DNA from: Octopus bimaculoides
Taxonomy: Eukaryota
NCBI RefSeq assembly: GCF_001194135.2
Contig: NC_069000.1
Location: forward strand, 37,704,920 to 37,738,384
Direction of reading: 5' to 3'
Length of the DNA stretch: 33,465 nucleotides
Positions 1 to 11,802 of the stretch are shown piece after piece. A model generated the notes under the pieces. The model did no database searches. It saw nothing but the letters and a program-made list of their open reading frames with translations, and was not told where the DNA came from. Numbering within the stretch: position 1 is the stretch's first letter; each line of letters begins with the position of its first letter. A program made the translations under genes and the position numbers.

Positions 1-31
<31 letters not shown>

Positions 32-217
32 TATCCTTCTTCCAATAAATTGGATGATCAATTCCTGAATCATCCTCTTGAATCAGGACACCACCTGCAC
101 CTACGTCAGAGAGAGAAAGAGAGACGGAGAGAGAAAGAAGGAGAGAGAGAGGATAAAGGATCCTTAAAACAGGAGAGACATAAAAACCTCAGATATTACA
201 TGAGTCAGCGTCGAATC

Positions 218-270
218 AGCGATGCCAAATAAGTGGCGCCAAAACGGCTGTGCCAGAACGTCTCATCTTC
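218..270. mobile_element. Solo terminus of a putative non-autonomous TIR element (GCCAAA subterminal repeats)
   Basis: ggcgccaaaacggctgtgccagaacgtctcat resembles gcgtcaaaacaaccgtgccaaatcttctcatt (11659-11690) and the reverse complement of gcacagccattttggcac (11254-11271). Confidence 0.35.
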
Positions 271-462
271 GCCACCGCTCCAACAATCACATAATTATTG
301 AAATAATCAATTAACATAAAACTGTAAATTTAAAATAATTAAAACACTTTCCCGTTAATTATAACAACTTCTAGAAATAAAAATGAAAAGATAAGTTTCA
401 TGTAATGTAGTAAATATCAGCATAGGTTGTTATTAATCAATTCATCTTGGGTGGTAAATTAT

Positions 463-560
463 CGAGCTGGCTGAATCGTTAGCATGCCGGAGAAAATGTC
501 CAGTGGCATGTTTTCCGGCTCTTTACGTTCAGAGCTCATAACCTGCCGAAGTCAACTTCC
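463..560 (+). mobile_element. SINE family A, diverged 5' fragment
   Basis: gagctggctgaatcgttagcatgccgg...ctttacgttcagagctca matches the head of the copy at 1737-1949. Confidence 0.7.
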
Positions 561-698
561 TGTCATATGGTTTCTGTTTGTTGCATCCAACAGCGTTCGT
601 TGTTATTGTTGTTGTTGTTGTTGTTACTAGTCACCTCTACCCACACCACTTCTACAAAAGCATCATAATTTGAGTTAAATACAGGTTGTCCAAAAATT

Positions 699-760
699 GG
701 TTTCGAATTTTGGCACAAGGCCAGAAATTTCGGTGGAGAGGGTAAGTCGACTGCATAGAT
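699..760 (-). mobile_element. SINE family A, 3' fragment
   Basis: Reverse complement contains ggccttgtgccaaaattcgaaacc, matching family A 3' ends. Confidence 0.6.
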
Positions 761-777
761 AACTGGTCTGATCTATC

Positions 778-780
<3 letters not shown>

Positions 781-838
<58 letters not shown>
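781..838. repeat. (GT)n(AT)n microsatellite
   Basis: Read directly. Confidence 0.95.
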
Positions 839-840
<2 letters not shown>

Positions 841-1274
841 TTGAGCTTGAGCGCGCATGTGTGTGTCGTCTGNNNNNNNNNNNNNNNNNNNNNNNNNNNN
901 NNNNNNNNNNNNNNNNNNNNNNNNNNNNNNNNNNNNNNNNNNNNNNNNNNNNNNNNNNNNNNNNNNNNNNNNNNNNNNNNNNNNNNNNNNNNNNNNNNNN
1001 NNNNNNNNNNNNNNNNNNNNNNNNNNNNNNNNNNNNNNNNNNNNNNNNNNNNNNNNNNNNNNNNNNNNNNNNNNNNNNNNNNNNNNNNNNNNNNNNNNNN
1101 NNNNNNNNNNNNNNNNNNNNNNNNNNNNNNNNNNNNNNNNNNNNNNNNNNNNNNNNNNNNNNNNNNNNNNNNNNNNNNNNNNNNNNNNNNNNNNNNNNNN
1201 NNNNNNNNNNNNNNNNNNNNNNNNNNNNNNNNNNNNNNNNNNNNNNNNNNNNNNNNNNNNNNNNNNNNNNNNNN

Positions 1275-1578
1275 CAGTCACGCGTTTCATACCCAAATCT
1301 TCAGTGATAATGGACTGAACTGAACTCTAACTAATCTGCACATACTCTGATAATTCACGGATGATGATTCCCCTCACGCACATCTGCGATGTTTTTCTCA
1401 GTTCCATCGGTTGCGGGTCTCCCAGAGCGTTCGCCAAAATCGACATTTTTTCGGTCATCTTGGAAACGTCTGAACCCCTCGTAAATTTGTATGCGACTCA
1501 TACACTCATCGCCATACACTTTCTGCAACTTTGTGTCGGCCTCTGAGCAGGTGTCGTCATGGCAACTTTCTCTGTCAT
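1275..1578 (-). mobile_element. Mariner/Tc1 transposase, decayed N-terminal (HTH) half running into a gap
   Basis: Minus-strand frames give MTEKV, then KLQKVYGDECMSRIQIYEGFRRFQDDRKNVDFGERSGRPAT, then after a frameshift IIIRELSEYVQIS*SSVQSIITEDLGMKRVT. This matches the mariner HTH region and the R-S-G-R-P linker. Deletions, a frameshift and a stop are present. Confidence 0.9.
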
Positions 1579-1736
1579 GGTCAATGCGACGATCATATGC
1601 TACACACGTTCCTTCCAAGCCCTGCTGTAAACAACGGAAGTGAGCTAGAAAGTTAAAACTTAGTGCGCATGCACAACAGAGTCCAATGTCAATCTTTGCT
1701 AAGCGCTTTCACTCTGCGTCTCTTAGCTTCGTTACT

Positions 1737-1949
1737 ACGGCGGTGAGCTGGCAGAAAAGTTAGCACTTCGGGCGAAATACCGGTATTTCGTCTGTCTTTA
1801 CGTTCTGAGTTCAAATTCTGACGAGGTCGGCTTTGCCTTTCATCGTTTCAGGGTCGATAAATTAAGTACCAATTGCATACTGGGGTCGATCTAACCGACT
1901 AGCTCCTTCCCCCAAAATTCCGGGCCTTGTGCCAAGAGTAGAAAAGAAT
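1737..1949 (+). mobile_element. SINE family A (tRNA-derived), full length
   Basis: Head ggcggtgagctggcagaa, B-box-like gagttcaaattc, body gaggtcggctttgcctttcatc...ggggtcgatcta, 3' end gagtagaaaagaat; many copies in the window. Confidence 0.92.
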
Positions 1950-2271
1950 ACTGCTTCGTGTGCCAACCATATATTTTGTTCCGGCCTACCGGCTGCAACT
2001 CTCAGTTTTGTATAATTTCTGCTGAAAGCATGTCAGTTCAGAGTCTCTTTGTTGGTATCTGCTTCTGATGAGTGCATAATTAGCTCGTAATTAATGGAAA
2101 TAGTTGTTGTTCTGAGACAGTTTTGGTGTTTATACTTTTTGCGTAGGGCCGGAATTTTTGTCCATGGCAAAGCGCTATGAAAGTAGCTTTTTACAGGTCA
2201 AATATGTCCCAAATATTGGAACTGCTCTAGAAGTTTGTTTACTTCACAACGACGCTACACGTGTCAACCAC

Positions 2272-2302
2272 TCACACACACACACACTCACACACACACA
2301 CA

Positions 2303-2333
<31 letters not shown>
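2272..2333. repeat. (CA)n microsatellite
   Basis: Read directly. Confidence 0.95.
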
Positions 2334-2336
<3 letters not shown>

Positions 2337-2634
2337 ACTTTGTGTCGTATGAATGACAAAGAAATGCTTAATAGAGATTGGGGATGTCTTTTTCATTTGT
2401 TTTTTAACTTTTCTATGTTTTATGTTTACATGTTTTTATTTATATTTGTTTATCTATTTTTTATTTATTTTATATTATTTAAATCCAAACTGAAAGTTTG
2501 TCTCACAGCTCGAGTTTCACGCTTTGTGATCTTCAGGCAAAAATCCTGTCACGCGACAAATTTCCAGTTTCAGTTTCAATTAAAAGAAAAAAACTATAGA
2601 TATATATTCACTTATATATGTGTGTTTGTGTATG

Positions 2635-2676
<42 letters not shown>

Positions 2677-2809
2677 GGCATACCATTACCAACACGGTCA
2701 CTACTACTACAACAACCAACAAAAAATGGTCCCACGTGGACTATTGACACCAGTAAGGAACAATTATGAACTCTTCATTTAATTTCATTTTTTTTAAATN
2801 NNNNNNNNN

Positions 2810-2857
<48 letters not shown>

Positions 2858-3856
2858 CACGTATATATGCATGCATGTATGTATGTATGTATGTATGTAT
2901 GTATGTAGAATTATAATCATATATTTTCTACTACAAATCCCGAAATGTTTGTTTATTCATTCTATATTGTAATTATAATTTGCTTTTAATTTTAAAGTAT
3001 ATGTAACGTAATATACTGTTACGTATGTAATTGTTTTTTTTATTTTTAAAATACTGTTTTATATCGCACAATAAATTATTCAACGATATTTGAATGTTTT
3101 ACACAGACGGAGTCTGAATTAATGTATTTATGTAATTAGCGATAACATGTGTGTCTAATTTACGAATTGACATGCTAAATTACCCAGAGAATTTTTATTT
3201 CCAAAAAGGCTGCTAGGAGAGTTTAACCCTGTCGAAATAATTTTGAGATAAACGCTAGAGAAATTATTATTCTTTTTTTTTTATAAAACTGTAACGGGTA
3301 TGTCTAAATCAAATAGAGAGGGGAAACAAATTACAGAAACAAGCAGACACCTATCTTATCTTTCTCCAAACAACTCTGAGAACATATAGCTGATAAGAAA
3401 CAAAAACAAACAAACGAACGAAGAAAACACTAGGACAGATTATCATCTCGTGTAAATATGTTACATTCAGTGAGTCGGTTGATGTTTCCACCGACTGTAA
3501 AGTTTCATTTATTTGTACAAACGTCAAGTGTGTTCAGAAAGACTATTCGAGCATCTTTAGCTCAGTCAAGTGAAAAAATGCTGTATATTAAAGTCATACT
3601 GAATTGAGATCTGTTAAAATATTAAGGCGAATAAGTACATCGTATTTATCGTGATGTGAAGTGTGTATGTGGTTATGTTTTAATAACCCTAGTGCAATTA
3701 GCGGGTTCATGGTATACGTAGTATGTAAACTACCTTTTGCACTTTAGGGTCTAGATATCATCATATTGTTTGGACAAGCTCACCCTCAAAATCTGTTTGT
3801 TGTAAGCCGCTTGTTAAAAACTTCTTTCGAGTAACCTGCCTTCAAATTTTCCATAT

Positions 3857-3942
3857 AGGTGCAGGCATGGCTGTGTGGGCAAGTGCTTTCTACCGACCAA
3901 TATCTTGTGAGTGAATTTCGTAGACAGAAACTGTATGGTAGC

Positions 3943-4012
<70 letters not shown>

Positions 4013-4283
4013 GTCTGTCTGTCTGTCTGGCTGTCTGACTGTCTTGGTATATATATATGTGTGTACATCTTTCGAGTTTGTGCTTGTCCACCACCCTCAC
4101 TTGACAACCGGTACTGGTTTGTTTACGTCTCTGTAGCTTAGCGGTTCGGCAAAATAAATCCACAGAATAAATAATCAAACTTTAAACAAATATGCTGGGA
4201 TCGATGTGTTCGACTAAAACCATTTAAGGCGATGCCATGGCTTGGCCGCTGTCCAGTGAATGAAACAAGTAAGAGATAAAAGA
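3857..4283 (+). mobile_element. SINE family B with an internal deletion and an expanded (TATC)n/(TGTC)n tract
   Basis: Colinear with the reverse complement of 25458-25841: gcaggcatggctgtgtgg, cttgtgagtgaattt, microsatellite, cttgacaaccg, ttagcggttcggcaaaa, gaaacaagtaa. Confidence 0.88.
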
Positions 4284-4404
4284 TATCGATAGACACATTG
4301 AAGAATGAATTTGTAATGACCAAAATTAAAACTTCGACGATAAATAACTTTCCCTAAATCTACAAGAGACCCATTCTTGACACAACATTGAAGGATAAAT
4401 ATAT

Positions 4405-4630
4405 AAGGCGGCGAGCTAGAAACGTTAGCACGCTAGGCGAAATGCTTAGCGGTATTTCGTCTGTCTTTACGTTCTGAGTTCAAATTCTGCCGAGGTCGAC
4501 TTTGCCTTTCATCATTTCGGGGTCGATAAATTAAGTACCAGTTGCGTGCTGGGATCAATCTAATAGACTGAACCCCTCCCCAAAAATTTCCGCCTAGAGC
4601 GGAAAAGAATATTGAAGAATATTGAAGAAT
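4405..4630 (+). mobile_element. SINE family A, full length
   Basis: Near-identical to 1737-1949; ends in two copies of attgaagaat. Confidence 0.92.
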
Positions 4631-4634
4631 ATAT

Positions 4635-4762
4635 AAGGTGGTGAGCTGGCAGAATCGTTAGCATGCCGGGCAAAATGCTAAGCGGTATTTCGCCCTTCTT
4701 TACGTTCTGAGTTCGAATTCCGCCGAAGTCGAGTTTGCCTTTTATCCTTTCAGAGTCGATAT
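4635..4762 (+). mobile_element. SINE family A, 5' part, head-to-tail with the preceding copy
   Basis: aaggtggtgagctggcagaatcgttagcatgccggg...gagttcgaattcc...gagtcgata. Confidence 0.88.
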
Positions 4763-5102
4763 AATACACCCCTGCATGAGAATACNNNNNNNNNNNNNNN
4801 NNNNNNNNNNNNNNNNNNNNNNNNNNNNNNNNNNNNNNNNNNNNNNNNNNNNNNNNNNNNNNNNNNNNNNNNNNNNNNNNNNNNNNNNNNNNNNNNNNNN
4901 NNNNNNNNNNNNNNNNNNNNNNNNNNNNNNNNNNNNNNNNNNNNNNNNNNNNNNNNNNNNNNNNNNNNNNNNNNNNNNNNNNNNNNNNNNNNNNNNNNNN
5001 NNNNNNNNNNNNNNNNNNNNNNNNNNNNNNNNNNNNNNNNNNNNNNNNNNNNNNNNNNNNNNNNNNNNNNNNNNCACACACACACACACACACACATATA
5101 TA

Positions 5103-5165
5103 GAAAAACAAAGGCTAAGACAGGTGTAGGAACAGCAAGCAAGTATATTAGCTTGACGCTCGGGA
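5103..5165 (-). mobile_element. Fragment of the repeat at 23410-23585 (putative PLE terminal repeat)
   Basis: gacagg...tatattagcttgacgctcggga matches the reverse complement of tcccgagcgtcatactaatata...cctgtc. Confidence 0.6.
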
Positions 5166-5975
5166 TATGATATATCTGTGATAGGTTTGTGTCCAGTCCA
5201 TGAGAAGCTTATTGCTATCTCGTCAGATGAAGAACTAAAGAAACAGTATTCTATAATTATTAAGAAAGATTACAGCTTATAAGTTGTAGCTGTCTACTCC
5301 TCATTAACTTTGATTGAGTAGATCTACGAAAGACTTTTATTTTAATCATAACCATTCCGGCATTCTGTTTTTCGGGTCTAGTTTAATTAATGCGTCATTT
5401 CTGATTAAGATGGTAGCATCTGTGATTTAAGGTGAAATTTGACAGTTATTTCTAACAGGCCACACAACCATATTGTGGCTCCTCCGTTGGCAGAAACACC
5501 CCCACCCCCGAAAACCATATAAATAAATGACTTTATTCATCATCATGTATATGGATTAATTTATATAAGACAGGTGATACATCCAGCCTCGTAAAAGGAG
5601 TAATCTGAATTACGGTTCGAGTGTAGGAATATAAAGGCACTGGCAAAAAGAGACTGTATTAGGTGTGAGGAGCGTTTGGTTCAAGTTAACAGCTTGAAAA
5701 AAAAAAAAAAAAAGGATGTATAAATAAGGAGAAAGTTAGGGATGGAATAAATCGTGAAGACAGAAGCAAACAGTCCGAAGATAAAATATAAAAAAAAATT
5801 TCAAGAAATAATAGAAAATATGTGAAAAAGATCTGAGCATAGAATGTGCTATATCAAGACTAACTCCCTATGACAGACAGCATACAGGGGAGTGAGTTGT
5901 TGGGTAGCTGGGGAGTTGGGGGTAAGTATGTATATATGGATGATATTAAATATTGAAGTAACAGGCAAAGAAAAC

Positions 5976-6006
<31 letters not shown>

Positions 6007-6138
6007 CCACACACACGAACTCATACGTGCGTCGTTGATCGTTTGGAATGAAATGCCTGTGAGTGCTTCACATGTATATGTATATGCATGCATGTACACA
6101 TATACATGTGCAAAGGTGTATACGTGTGTGTACATCTA

Positions 6139-6170
<32 letters not shown>

Positions 6171-6174
6171 TCTA

Positions 6175-6232
6175 GCCAATGCCTTGTGAGTGAATTTGTG
6201 TCACGGAAACTGAATGAAAGACCTTCGTATAT
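6175..6232 (+). mobile_element. SINE family B, internal fragment
   Basis: gccttgtgagtgaatttgtgtcacggaaactgaatga matches the family B body. Confidence 0.65.
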
Positions 6233-6239
6233 AAACGTA

Positions 6240-6336
6240 CATACATACACACATACATACATGTATGTATGTATGTATGTATGTATGTATGTATGTATGT
6301 ATGTATGTGTGTATGTATGTATGTATGTATGTATCT
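6240..6336. repeat. (CATA)/(TATG)n microsatellite
   Basis: Read directly. Confidence 0.9.
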
Positions 6337-6468
6337 ATAATATTTTACTTGTTTCTGTCACACACACATACACATTTATATTTTATTATTTATTCTTTAT
6401 AGAATTGAAGGATAAAATCACGTTAATGATTATATCAGGTAGTCAGCATGAAATAAAACCTTGTAGTT

Positions 6469-6519
<51 letters not shown>

Positions 6520-6560
6520 ATATAAGTATGTATAAGGCCGCCGGCAAATGTATGTATGTA

Positions 6561-6706
6561 TAAGGCCAGCAAGTTCGAGGAAGGGTTTAAGTTGATTACA
6601 TCGATCCAAATGCTCCGATGGAACTTATTTTATAGTCCCCGAAAGGACGAAAGACAAAGTCGACCTCGCGAAATTTGAACTTAGAACGTGTAGACGGACG
6701 AAATGC
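6561..6706 (-). mobile_element. SINE family A, diverged and truncated
   Basis: ccgaaaggacgaaagacaaagtcgacctcgcgaaatttgaacttagaacg matches the reverse complement of the family A body. Confidence 0.82.
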
Positions 6707-6739
6707 AATAGTATATATGCTGCATCAGAAGGCTTAATT

Positions 6740-7195
6740 ACGATTTTAGGGTGTTTGCTAATCGCATGTGTAGTATCTTTCACAGAAATATGGTATTATC
6801 AACATTTTCGATAGCAACTTGCAATTTAAGGCATTCATTGTTTCTTTTGTTCCTTAGGTATTTTAGTATTCCAGTGATACAAGCAGTTTGTAGTTCATTT
6901 TGTTTTGTAGTTAAATCTATAGTGATTTTTTTGTTCTGCAAATGTTCAACGGTTATGTGTTTCAATCTACGACTGCGAGATACGCCAATGTAATCTATAA
7001 ATTCTTTATAAACTCTTTTCGGTTACAAGTGCTAGAATTGTTGGTCATGTCTTTATGAGCTTTTCTGTAGCAGCTGCTTGGACAACAGTTACTTTTACTA
7101 CATTCAACGACTTCAGCAACTATGAGTGAGCTATAGAATCGAATGACTTCCTGTAATTAAGTAATACTTTCAAAAGGTATCGGCGGTGTTTTCTT
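6740..7195 (-). mobile_element. Possible heavily decayed PLE GIY-YIG region
   Basis: Minus frames give ECSKSNCCPSSC and KRVYKEFIDYIGVSRSRRLKHITVEHL, similar to the Cys-rich linker and YIG-x-T-x-R-x-L-x-x-R-x-x-E-H motif of PLE endonucleases. Similarity is weak and judged by eye. Confidence 0.35.
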
Positions 7196-8659
7196 ACATC
7201 AAATAGCTCAGATTTATTTATTAAAAGTTATCAGGTACACCCTCGCACCTCCTAGTTTCCACTCACCCACTCATCCGTTCATATCTTATTTACTCACAAT
7301 GAGGAACTGAGACAGCTTACTTAACATAATGTTTACGCAATTGATACACTAATACTGTTTTCAGTCATAGCTTCAAGACTTTTATCCACGCAATGGAAAG
7401 TCAAATTTTATGTCGATCTCGCCTTCTACACTTTTTAAAAATGCAAATGTTAGTGGACTTCTGTCAAACGTCAGTGCCTTGTAGCAATATCCAAATATTA
7501 CGTGTTTTCCTGGTGCCGTCTAAGAGTTACAATGTACGAAAATTCGTCTTACGTAGGACTGGCACTCTGCGTTGGCGAATAGACTGTACTATATATATNN
7601 NNNNNNNNNNNNNNNNNNNNNNNNNNNNNNNNNNNNNNNNNNNNNNNNNNNNNNNNNNNNNNNNNNNNNNNNNNNNNNNNNNNNNNNNNNNNNNNNNNNN
7701 NNNNNNNNNNNNNNNNNNNNNNNNNNNNNNNNNNNNNNNNNNNNNNNNNNNNNNNNNNNNNNNNNNNNNNNNNNNNNNNNNNNNNNNNNNNNNNNNNNNN
7801 NNNNNNNNNNNNNNNNNNNNNNNNNNNNNNNNNNNNNNNNNNNNNNNNNNNNNNNNNNNNNNNNNNNNNNNNNNNNNNNNNNNNNNNNNNNNNNNNNNNN
7901 NNNNNNNNNNNNNNNNNNNNNNNNNNNNNNNNNNNNNNNNNNNNNNNNNNNNNNNNNNNNNNNNNNNNNNNNNNNNNNNNNNNNNNNNNNNNNNNNNNNN
8001 NNNNNNNNNNNNNNNNNNNNNNNNNNNNNNNNNNNNNNNNNNNNNNNNNNNNNNNNNNNNNNNNNNNNNNNNNNNNNNNNNNNNNNNNNNNNNNNNNNNN
8101 NNNNNNNNNNNNNNNNNNNNNNNNNNNNNNNNNNNNNNNNNNNNNNNNNNNNNNNNNNNNNNNNNNNNNNNNNNNNNNNNNNNNNNNNNNNNNNNNNNNN
8201 NNNNNNNNNNNNNNNNNNNNNNNNNNNNNNNNNNNNNNNNNNNNNNNNNNNNNNNNNNNNNNNNNNNNNNNNNNNNNNNNNNNNNNNNNNNNNNNNNNNN
8301 NNNNNNNNNNNNNNNNNNNNNNNNNNNNNNNNNNNNNNNNNNNNNNNNNNNNNNNNNNNNNNNNNNNNNNNNNNNNNNNNNNNNNNNNNNNNNNNNNNNN
8401 NNNNNNNNNNNNNNNNNNNNNNNNNNNNNNNNNNNNNNNNNNNNNNNNNNNNNNNNNNNNNNNNNNNNNNNNNNNNNNNNNNNNNNNNNNNNNNNNNNNN
8501 NNNNNNNNNNNNNNNNNNNNNNNNNNNNNNNNNNNNNNNNNNNNNNNNNNNNNNNNNNNNNNNNNNNNNNNNNNNNNNNNNNNNNNNNNNNACTCTGTGA
8601 TTAGCAAATGAAACATATATAATGGCGAATAAATAATACCAAAAAGTTTCCAACTTCCT

Positions 8660-8760
8660 GTTTTACTTTACACACACACACGCGCGCCCACGCGCACATA
8701 CGCACGCCCACGCACGCACACACACATACATACATACATACATACATACATACATACATG
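8660..8760. repeat. (CA)/(CG)/(CATA)n compound microsatellite
   Basis: Read directly. Confidence 0.9.
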
Positions 8761-9156
8761 CACTTACAATCAGGAATTCACGCATGACTATGTGACCGAG
8801 TATTTGTGTGCACGAGCTAAGAGGAAGTTATAACTATTTTTCTCTGACAATTCTTTCTTGGTAAAAAAAAAATGAAAGGCCTCGAGTTATTTGATGTCGC
8901 TTTGGGAATTATCACGGAGTACAAGAGAGTGATTTGTCGGGCTTTTACATCCTAGACACACTTCAAACCCAAGCCAACTCCCTTAGCATGAGGTCTGTAT
9001 TAAGATAGTCGGCTGAGTAATCTCTCGGAAGTGATGTAGTAGGAACGTTTAGAAAATTTAATCTTACGATCACTCTCATAACTTGAAGTAACGACGTTCT
9101 CGAAGTTTCGTAAAACGGTCTAGGAAAGTGCTAGACTGCTTACAAATGTTGTGACA

Positions 9157-9333
9157 TACGATAAGGTGCTGAAAATTCCTAGCTTTAAGGGTATCGTGAA
9201 AGGGCTGGCTGGAGGCCCAAAGTTCCGAGTTCTTTTATAGGGCTTACAAAAACTGAAGGACCGCTGTTGTAAGTGTGTGAATGTGAAAGGGGTATGTCTT
9301 GAATAAAATCATAATTTACTGGTTCTCCTGTAT
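9157..9333 (+). mobile_element. Mariner-derived MITE (one TIR plus transposase C-terminus), other end lost
   Basis: Starts TAcgataaggtgctgaaaattcctagcttt; encodes GLQKLKDRCCKCVNVKGVCLE*, resembling the mariner C-terminus; homologous to 25221-25441. Confidence 0.88.
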
Positions 9334-10336
9334 ATCTATACACATACATGTATGTATANNNNNNNNNNNNNNNNNNNNNNNNNNNNNNNNNNNNNNNNNN
9401 NNNNNNNNNNNNNNNNNNNNNNNNNNNNNNNNNNNNNNNNNNNNNNNNNNNNNNNNNNNNNNNNNNNNNNNNNNNNNNNNNNNNNNNNNNNNNNNNNNNN
9501 NNNNNNNNNNNNNNNNNNNNNNNNNNNNNNNNNNNNNNNNNNNNNNNNNNNNNNNNNNNNNNNNNNNNNNNNNNNNNNNNNNNNNNNNNNNNNNNNNNNN
9601 NNNNNNNNNNNNNNNNNNNNNNNNNNNNNNNNNNNNNNNNNNNNNNNNNNNNNNNNNNNNNNNNNNNNNNNNNNNNNNNNNNNNNNNNNNNNNNNNNNNN
9701 NNNNNNNNNNNNNNNNNNNNNNNNNNNNNNNNNNNNNNNNNNNNNNNNNNNNNNNNNNNNNNNNNNNNNNNNNNNNNNNNNNNNNNNNNNNNNNNNNNNN
9801 NNNNNNNNNNNNNNNNNNNNNNNNNNNNNNNNNNNNNNNNNNNNNNNNNNNNNNNNNNNNNNNNNNNNNNNNNNNNNNNNNNNNNNNNNNNNNNNNNNNN
9901 NNNNNNNNNNNNNNNNNNNNNNNNNNNNNNNNNNNNNNNNNNNNNNNNNNNNNNNNNNNNNNNNNNNNNNNNNNNNNNNNNNNNNNNNNNNNNNNNNNNN
10001 NNNNNNNNNNNNNNNNNNNNNNNNNNNNNNNNNNNNNNNNNNNNNNNNNNNNNNNNNNNNNNNNNNNNNNNNNNNNNNNNNNNNNNNNNNNNNNNNNNNN
10101 NNNNNNNNNNNNNNNNNNNNNNNNNNNNNNNNNNNNNNNNNNNNNNNNNNNNNNNNNNNNNNNNNNNNNNNNNNNNNNNNNNNNNNNNNNNNNNNNNNNN
10201 NNNNNNNNNNNNNNNNNNNNNNNNNNNNNNNNNNNNNNNNNNNNNNNNNNNNNNNNNNNNNNNNNNNNNNNNNNNNNNNNNNNNNNNNNNNNNNNNNNNN
10301 NNNNNNNNNNNNNNNNNNNNNNNNNNNNNNNNNNNN

Positions 10337-10396
<60 letters not shown>

Positions 10397-10545
10397 GTGT
10401 ATATATACATATATACACATGCATACATACACAAATACGCACCCGCGTTTCAATCCCCACCCGCTTCAGTATAAATGTAACAGATAGCTTAGCTAGAAAC
10501 TTTCTAACAACCATGTGCAAGCGTTTGACTAACAACTGCTATTGT

Positions 10546-11070
10546 AATAAGAGAAAAACAAGTACACAAATAATTAATTATAACTGCACCGAAAATATCG
10601 ACATCTTTATTGTTTAGAAGCGCTGAAATTAATAGAAACAATCACACCCATAATAATGTGCCAAACACTCCACCCCACAAAAACTGTAGCAATACCACAC
10701 CCTGTCTTTTCAACAGCAGGTTTCTAGCATCGGCGCCATTGTATCGGATCGAGATGTTTCCGGCAGATGGCAACGATATGAATTGCATCAATTTCCCTGA
10801 AAACACGTTTAAATGTAAGTTCTCTCAGCCCACTGGAAATTCGAAGATAAAAGAAACTCAACCTTCTTCTCTCCGTATATCTGGAGTTTGAAGAAAAATG
10901 AGAAATCAATAACACCAATATATCAAGGCGCGATATGAAAATGTAGCTCCGTACATAAAAAGATGCTTGCTCTGCTTGGCTGAAAAATTCAGTGTATTCA
11001 TAAAATTTAAAAAAGACAACAATAAAAACAAACAAGAATCACGAAAGTAAACATTCCTTTGGGTAATTTC
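10546..11070 (+). mobile_element. PLE ORF remnant (GIY-YIG endonuclease region), frameshifted
   Basis: Ordered motifs INYNCTENI (10573-10599), KNCSNTTPCL...LY, ENTFK (10799-10813), YIWSLKKN (10876-10899) and APYIKRCLLCLAEKF (KRC at 10958) follow the motif order I recall for one PLE clade: ISYSC..NI / CNC..CPL / ENTFK.R / KYIW.LK / KRC.LCL.EK. Confidence 0.8.
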
Positions 11071-11244
11071 AATTAAAAACAGTATAGTAGTCGATGAAAA
11101 GTGAGGTCTGGTAGTGCGATATTGGCACCTACTAAATAATGATGGCTGAACAAAAACTTCAAGCAACTCAAGATTAGAAATTCAGTTGCTGGAGAACCCG
11201 GGACGGAATATATGCATCCTTGCATACGCCCATAATATAGACAA

Positions 11245-11692
11245 GGATATGAAGCACAGCCATTTTGGCACAACGTAGGTAGGACGCTGGTTCGACGTAG
11301 ACTTGTTTAACATCAGACATTTTAATGTTTCTCCCGTTCTCCCCCACCCCCTTCTTTCTTTCTCTCCGTTTATATGTTAACATATTTCTCTTTACGCGTA
11401 TGAGGAAAGAGAAAGTTTATATCACTCGTGTTCAATTGATGGTAATCTCTCTCTCTCTCTCTCTCACACTATCTGAATATGTATATGTCTGCGTGCACGT
11501 GGATGTGTATGTGTGTATGTGTGTTTCTGTGTGAGTGTATGTATGTGCGTGCGTGTGTGTATGTGTTTGTGGTGTGTGTGTGGAGTGTATTTGCCCCAAA
11601 CGTTAAAAATCTCTCACAAAAACAGGTTGAATGTCCAGCCAGCCGTGCCAAATCGTATGCGTCAAAACAACCGTGCCAAATCTTCTCATTCC
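11245..11692. mobile_element. Putative non-autonomous TIR element with an internal microsatellite
   Basis: Left gcacagccattttggcac is in inverted orientation to right gcgtcaaaacaaccgtgccaaatcttctcattcc; a related terminus lies at 218-270. Confidence 0.3.
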
Positions 11693-11694
11693 GT

Positions 11695-11695
11695 G

Positions 11696-11762
<67 letters not shown>

Positions 11763-11802
11763 CTCTCTGTCTGTCTGTCTGTATGTATGTATGTATGTAT
11801 GT
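11695..11802. repeat. (CTAT)n/(CTGT)/(ATGT) compound microsatellite
   Basis: Read directly. Confidence 0.95.

Noticed and set aside
1281-1304. Minus-strand CTGAAGA...GAAACGCGT hammerhead-like match
   Set aside because: No stem II; it is simply the mariner codons for EDLGMKRV.
5224-5246. CAGATGA...GAAACAG
   Set aside because: Core mismatch and no stem II.
6636-6654. GTCC-CCGAAA-GGAC-GAAA hairpin
   Set aside because: No CUGA core; it is part of an antisense SINE A body.
7393-7598. Open frame MESQILCRSRLL...
   Set aside because: No recognisable motif or convincing splice-site pair; its length comes mainly from the gap.
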